NCBI GenBank assembly: GCA_963826065.1
Contig: CAWGVP010000002.1
Location: 243,361-307,360, forward strand
Direction: 5' to 3'
DNA: 64,000 bases
From: an uncultured Gemmatimonadales bacterium
GTDB lineage: Bacteria > Gemmatimonadota > Gemmatimonadetes > Gemmatimonadales > GWC2-71-9
Shown: positions 62,510 through 64,000 of the stretch, in pieces
Position numbering within the stretch: the first letter of the stretch is position 1
Layout: each line of letters begins with the position of its first letter
Position numbers and translations under genes: made by a program
Notes under the pieces: model-generated
The model's input: the letters and a program-made list of their open reading frames with translations, nothing else
What the model was told of the DNA's origin: nothing
Database searches by the model: none

Positions 62510-63403
62510 TTACGCGAGGAAGCTCTCCAGGGCCCGCGCCCGGCTCACGTGCCTCAGCCGGCTGAGGGCCTTCTCCTTGATCTGGCGGACCCGCTCCCGG
62601 GTGATGCCGAGCAGGCTGCCGATCTCCTCGAGCGTCATCGGCTCGGGGCCGTCGAGCCCGAAGTAGAGCCGAAGGATCTTCGCCTCCCGCTCCTTCAGGG
62701 TCGAGAGTACTTCCTCGATGGATTCGGTGAGGGCGTGCTCGAAGGTCTCGGAATCCGGCCCCGGGTTCTGGGTGTCCGGGAGATAGTCGAGCAGCTTGTT
62801 GTCTTCGCCCGGGGTGAGGGGCGCGTCGAGTGAGAGGTGGTTCTGGGAGATGGAGAGGGTCTTCTGCACTTCCTCCATCGAGATGTCCATCCCCTCGGCG
62901 ATCTCGGACGGGGTCGGCTCGCGGCCCAGCTCCTGAAGCAGCGCGGAGGACCGCTTGCCGATTCGGTGCAGCGTCCCGGCCCGGTTGAGCGGGACCCGCA
63001 CGATCCGGCTCTGCTCCGCCAGTGCCTGAAGGATCGCCTGGCGGATCCACCAGACGGCGTAGGAGATGAACTTGATGCCCTTGGTCTCGTCGAACTTGTG
63101 GGCCGCCCGGATCAGGCCGAGGTTCCCCTCGTTGATCAGATCGGCGAGCGAGACCCCCTGATTCTGATATTTCTTGGCGACCGAGACCACGAAGCGGAGA
63201 TTGCTGCGGACCAGCTTGTCCAGCGCCTCGCCTTCGCCGGTTCGAATGCGCTGGGCCAGGTTGACCTCTTCCTCCTGAGGAATCAGCGGATACTTGCTGA
63301 TCTCCCGGAGATACTGGTCGAGCGACCCCTCGTCGAACGACGGGCCTCGCCTGCCGGAACCGACCTGCATTGGACGCATGCGACTCGACCTCGTACTGGA
63401 CAT
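62510..63403 (-). CDS. RNA polymerase sigma factor, sigma-70 family, RpoD/SigA-like (short form without region 1.1)
   Basis: YLREISKYPL...DLINEGNLGLIRAAHKFD...FISYAVWWIRQAI...TLEEIGSLLGITRERVRQIKEKAL; start at ATG 63403 assumed. Confidence 0.85.
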   Translation of the reverse strand: MSSTRSSRMRPMQVGSGRRGPSFDEGSLDQYLREISKYPLIPQEEEVNLAQRIRTGEGEALDKLVRSNLRFVVSVAKKYQNQGVSLADLINEGNLGLIRAAHKFDETKGIKFISYAVWWIRQAILQALAEQSRIVRVPLNRAGTLHRIGKRSSALLQELGREPTPSEIAEGMDISMEEVQKTLSISQNHLSLDAPLTPGEDNKLLDYLPDTQNPGPDSETFEHALTESIEEVLSTLKEREAKILRLYFGLDGPEPMTLEEIGSLLGITRERVRQIKEKALSRLRHVSRARALESFLA

Positions 63404-63541
63404 GGGGAGCGACTCGACAAGCGACTCTGCAACGTAGAGTAGGTCCCCATGTGACGCCCGGCGGACCGCGATAGGAAATCCTGGTGGAACCTTACTCGCG
63501 GGATTCGGAGAGCGCAATGGAGGTGACATCTACTCCGCGTT

Positions 63542-63557
63542 CGTGACTGGAATCACA
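63542..63557. promoter_or_regulatory. Crp/Fnr-type palindrome CGTGA-N6-TCACA
   Basis: One mismatch to TGTGA-N6-TCACA; 139 nt upstream of the sigma factor start, immediately after the aldehyde dehydrogenase stop. Confidence 0.25.
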
Positions 63558-63558
63558 A

Positions 63559-64000
63559 TCAGGGCAACACGGCGTCGATCTGCGCTCGCTGCAGTTTTCC
63601 CGAGTAGTCCACGTAGCACACCTTGGTCTCGGAGTAGAAGTCGTAGACTTCCCAGCCCCCCTCGCGATGCCCGTTCCCCGTCGCCTTCACCCCGCCGAAG
63701 GGAAGATGGGCCTCCGCGCCGATGGTCGGCGCGTTGACATAGGTGATGCCGTTGTCGAGATCCCGCATGGCGCGGAAGGCGAGATCCACGTCGCCGGTGT
63801 AGATCGAGCTGGAGAGACCGTAGCGCACGTCGTTGTTCACCTTCACCGCTTCGTCGAAGGAGCCCACCCGGATCACGCTCAGCACCGGGCCGAAGATCTC
63901 CTCCTGCTCCAGCCGGCTCCGGGGGCGGACGCCGGCGAAGATCGTGGGACGGTAGAACCAGCCGCTCCCGAGCCGGCCGCCGGGGGCCCTGCCGCCGAGC
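63559..64000 (-). CDS. aldehyde dehydrogenase family protein (3' part; 5' end beyond window)
   Basis: [10 protein letters not shown]...YGLSSSIYT...[27 protein letters not shown]. Confidence 0.85.
   Translation of the reverse strand, partial: LGGRAPGGRLGSGWFYRPTIFAGVRPRSRLEQEEIFGPVLSVIRVGSFDEAVKVNNDVRYGLSSSIYTGDVDLAFRAMRDLDNGITYVNAPTIGAEAHLPFGGVKATGNGHREGGWEVYDFYSETKVCYVDYSGKLQRAQIDAVLP

Overview
Very GC-rich bacterial chromosomal segment (judged by eye, not computed), almost fully coding. I support about 60 protein genes and one tRNA-Gln(UUG). I saw no rRNA, CRISPR array, transposase, integrase or phage genes. By inference only, the gene content and repeat types suggest a Gemmatimonadota-like or FCB-group diderm. 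Most genes are housekeeping:
- Translation: rpsF-rpsR-rplI, rplY-pth-ychF, rpmE-prfA-prmC, rsfS.
- Other core functions: prs, smc, pdxJ, ispE, trxA, rsmI, a DAHP synthase, lolA-like, tmk, an RpoD-family sigma factor.

Layout:
- 151-13598: about 10 minus-strand genes with almost no spacing. They include an envelope module of unknown function (DUF4159-like, DUF4175-like giant coiled-coil, TPR, Tat-signal GATase1-like) and a DinG helicase with a RadC-like JAB N-terminus.
- 19379-28640: looks accessory. It holds tRNA-Gln, chrA, a Ser/Thr kinase of odd topology, a SARP+P-loop regulator and two paralogous PKD lipoproteins with an unassigned 4-Cys C-terminal domain.

I found no clear-cut defence or mobile system. 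The best candidates for something undescribed are:
- the JAB-DinG fusion;
- the four-gene envelope module;
- the regulator plus PKD pair;
- an HExxH / PD40 / Omp85-barrel fusion protein;
- a DAK2(FakA-N)-DegV fusion;
- two dispersed repeat families: long REP-like hairpins at gene 3' ends, and (GGGGCAGC)n arrays with G-quadruplex potential.

Four or five genes, including essential tmk, have broken reading frames. The two pinpointed breaks in tmk, and probably the one in the DUF2232-like gene, fall at G/C homopolymer runs. I read these as probable sequence errors that need checking. Every family assignment comes from motif recognition by eye. No searches were run.
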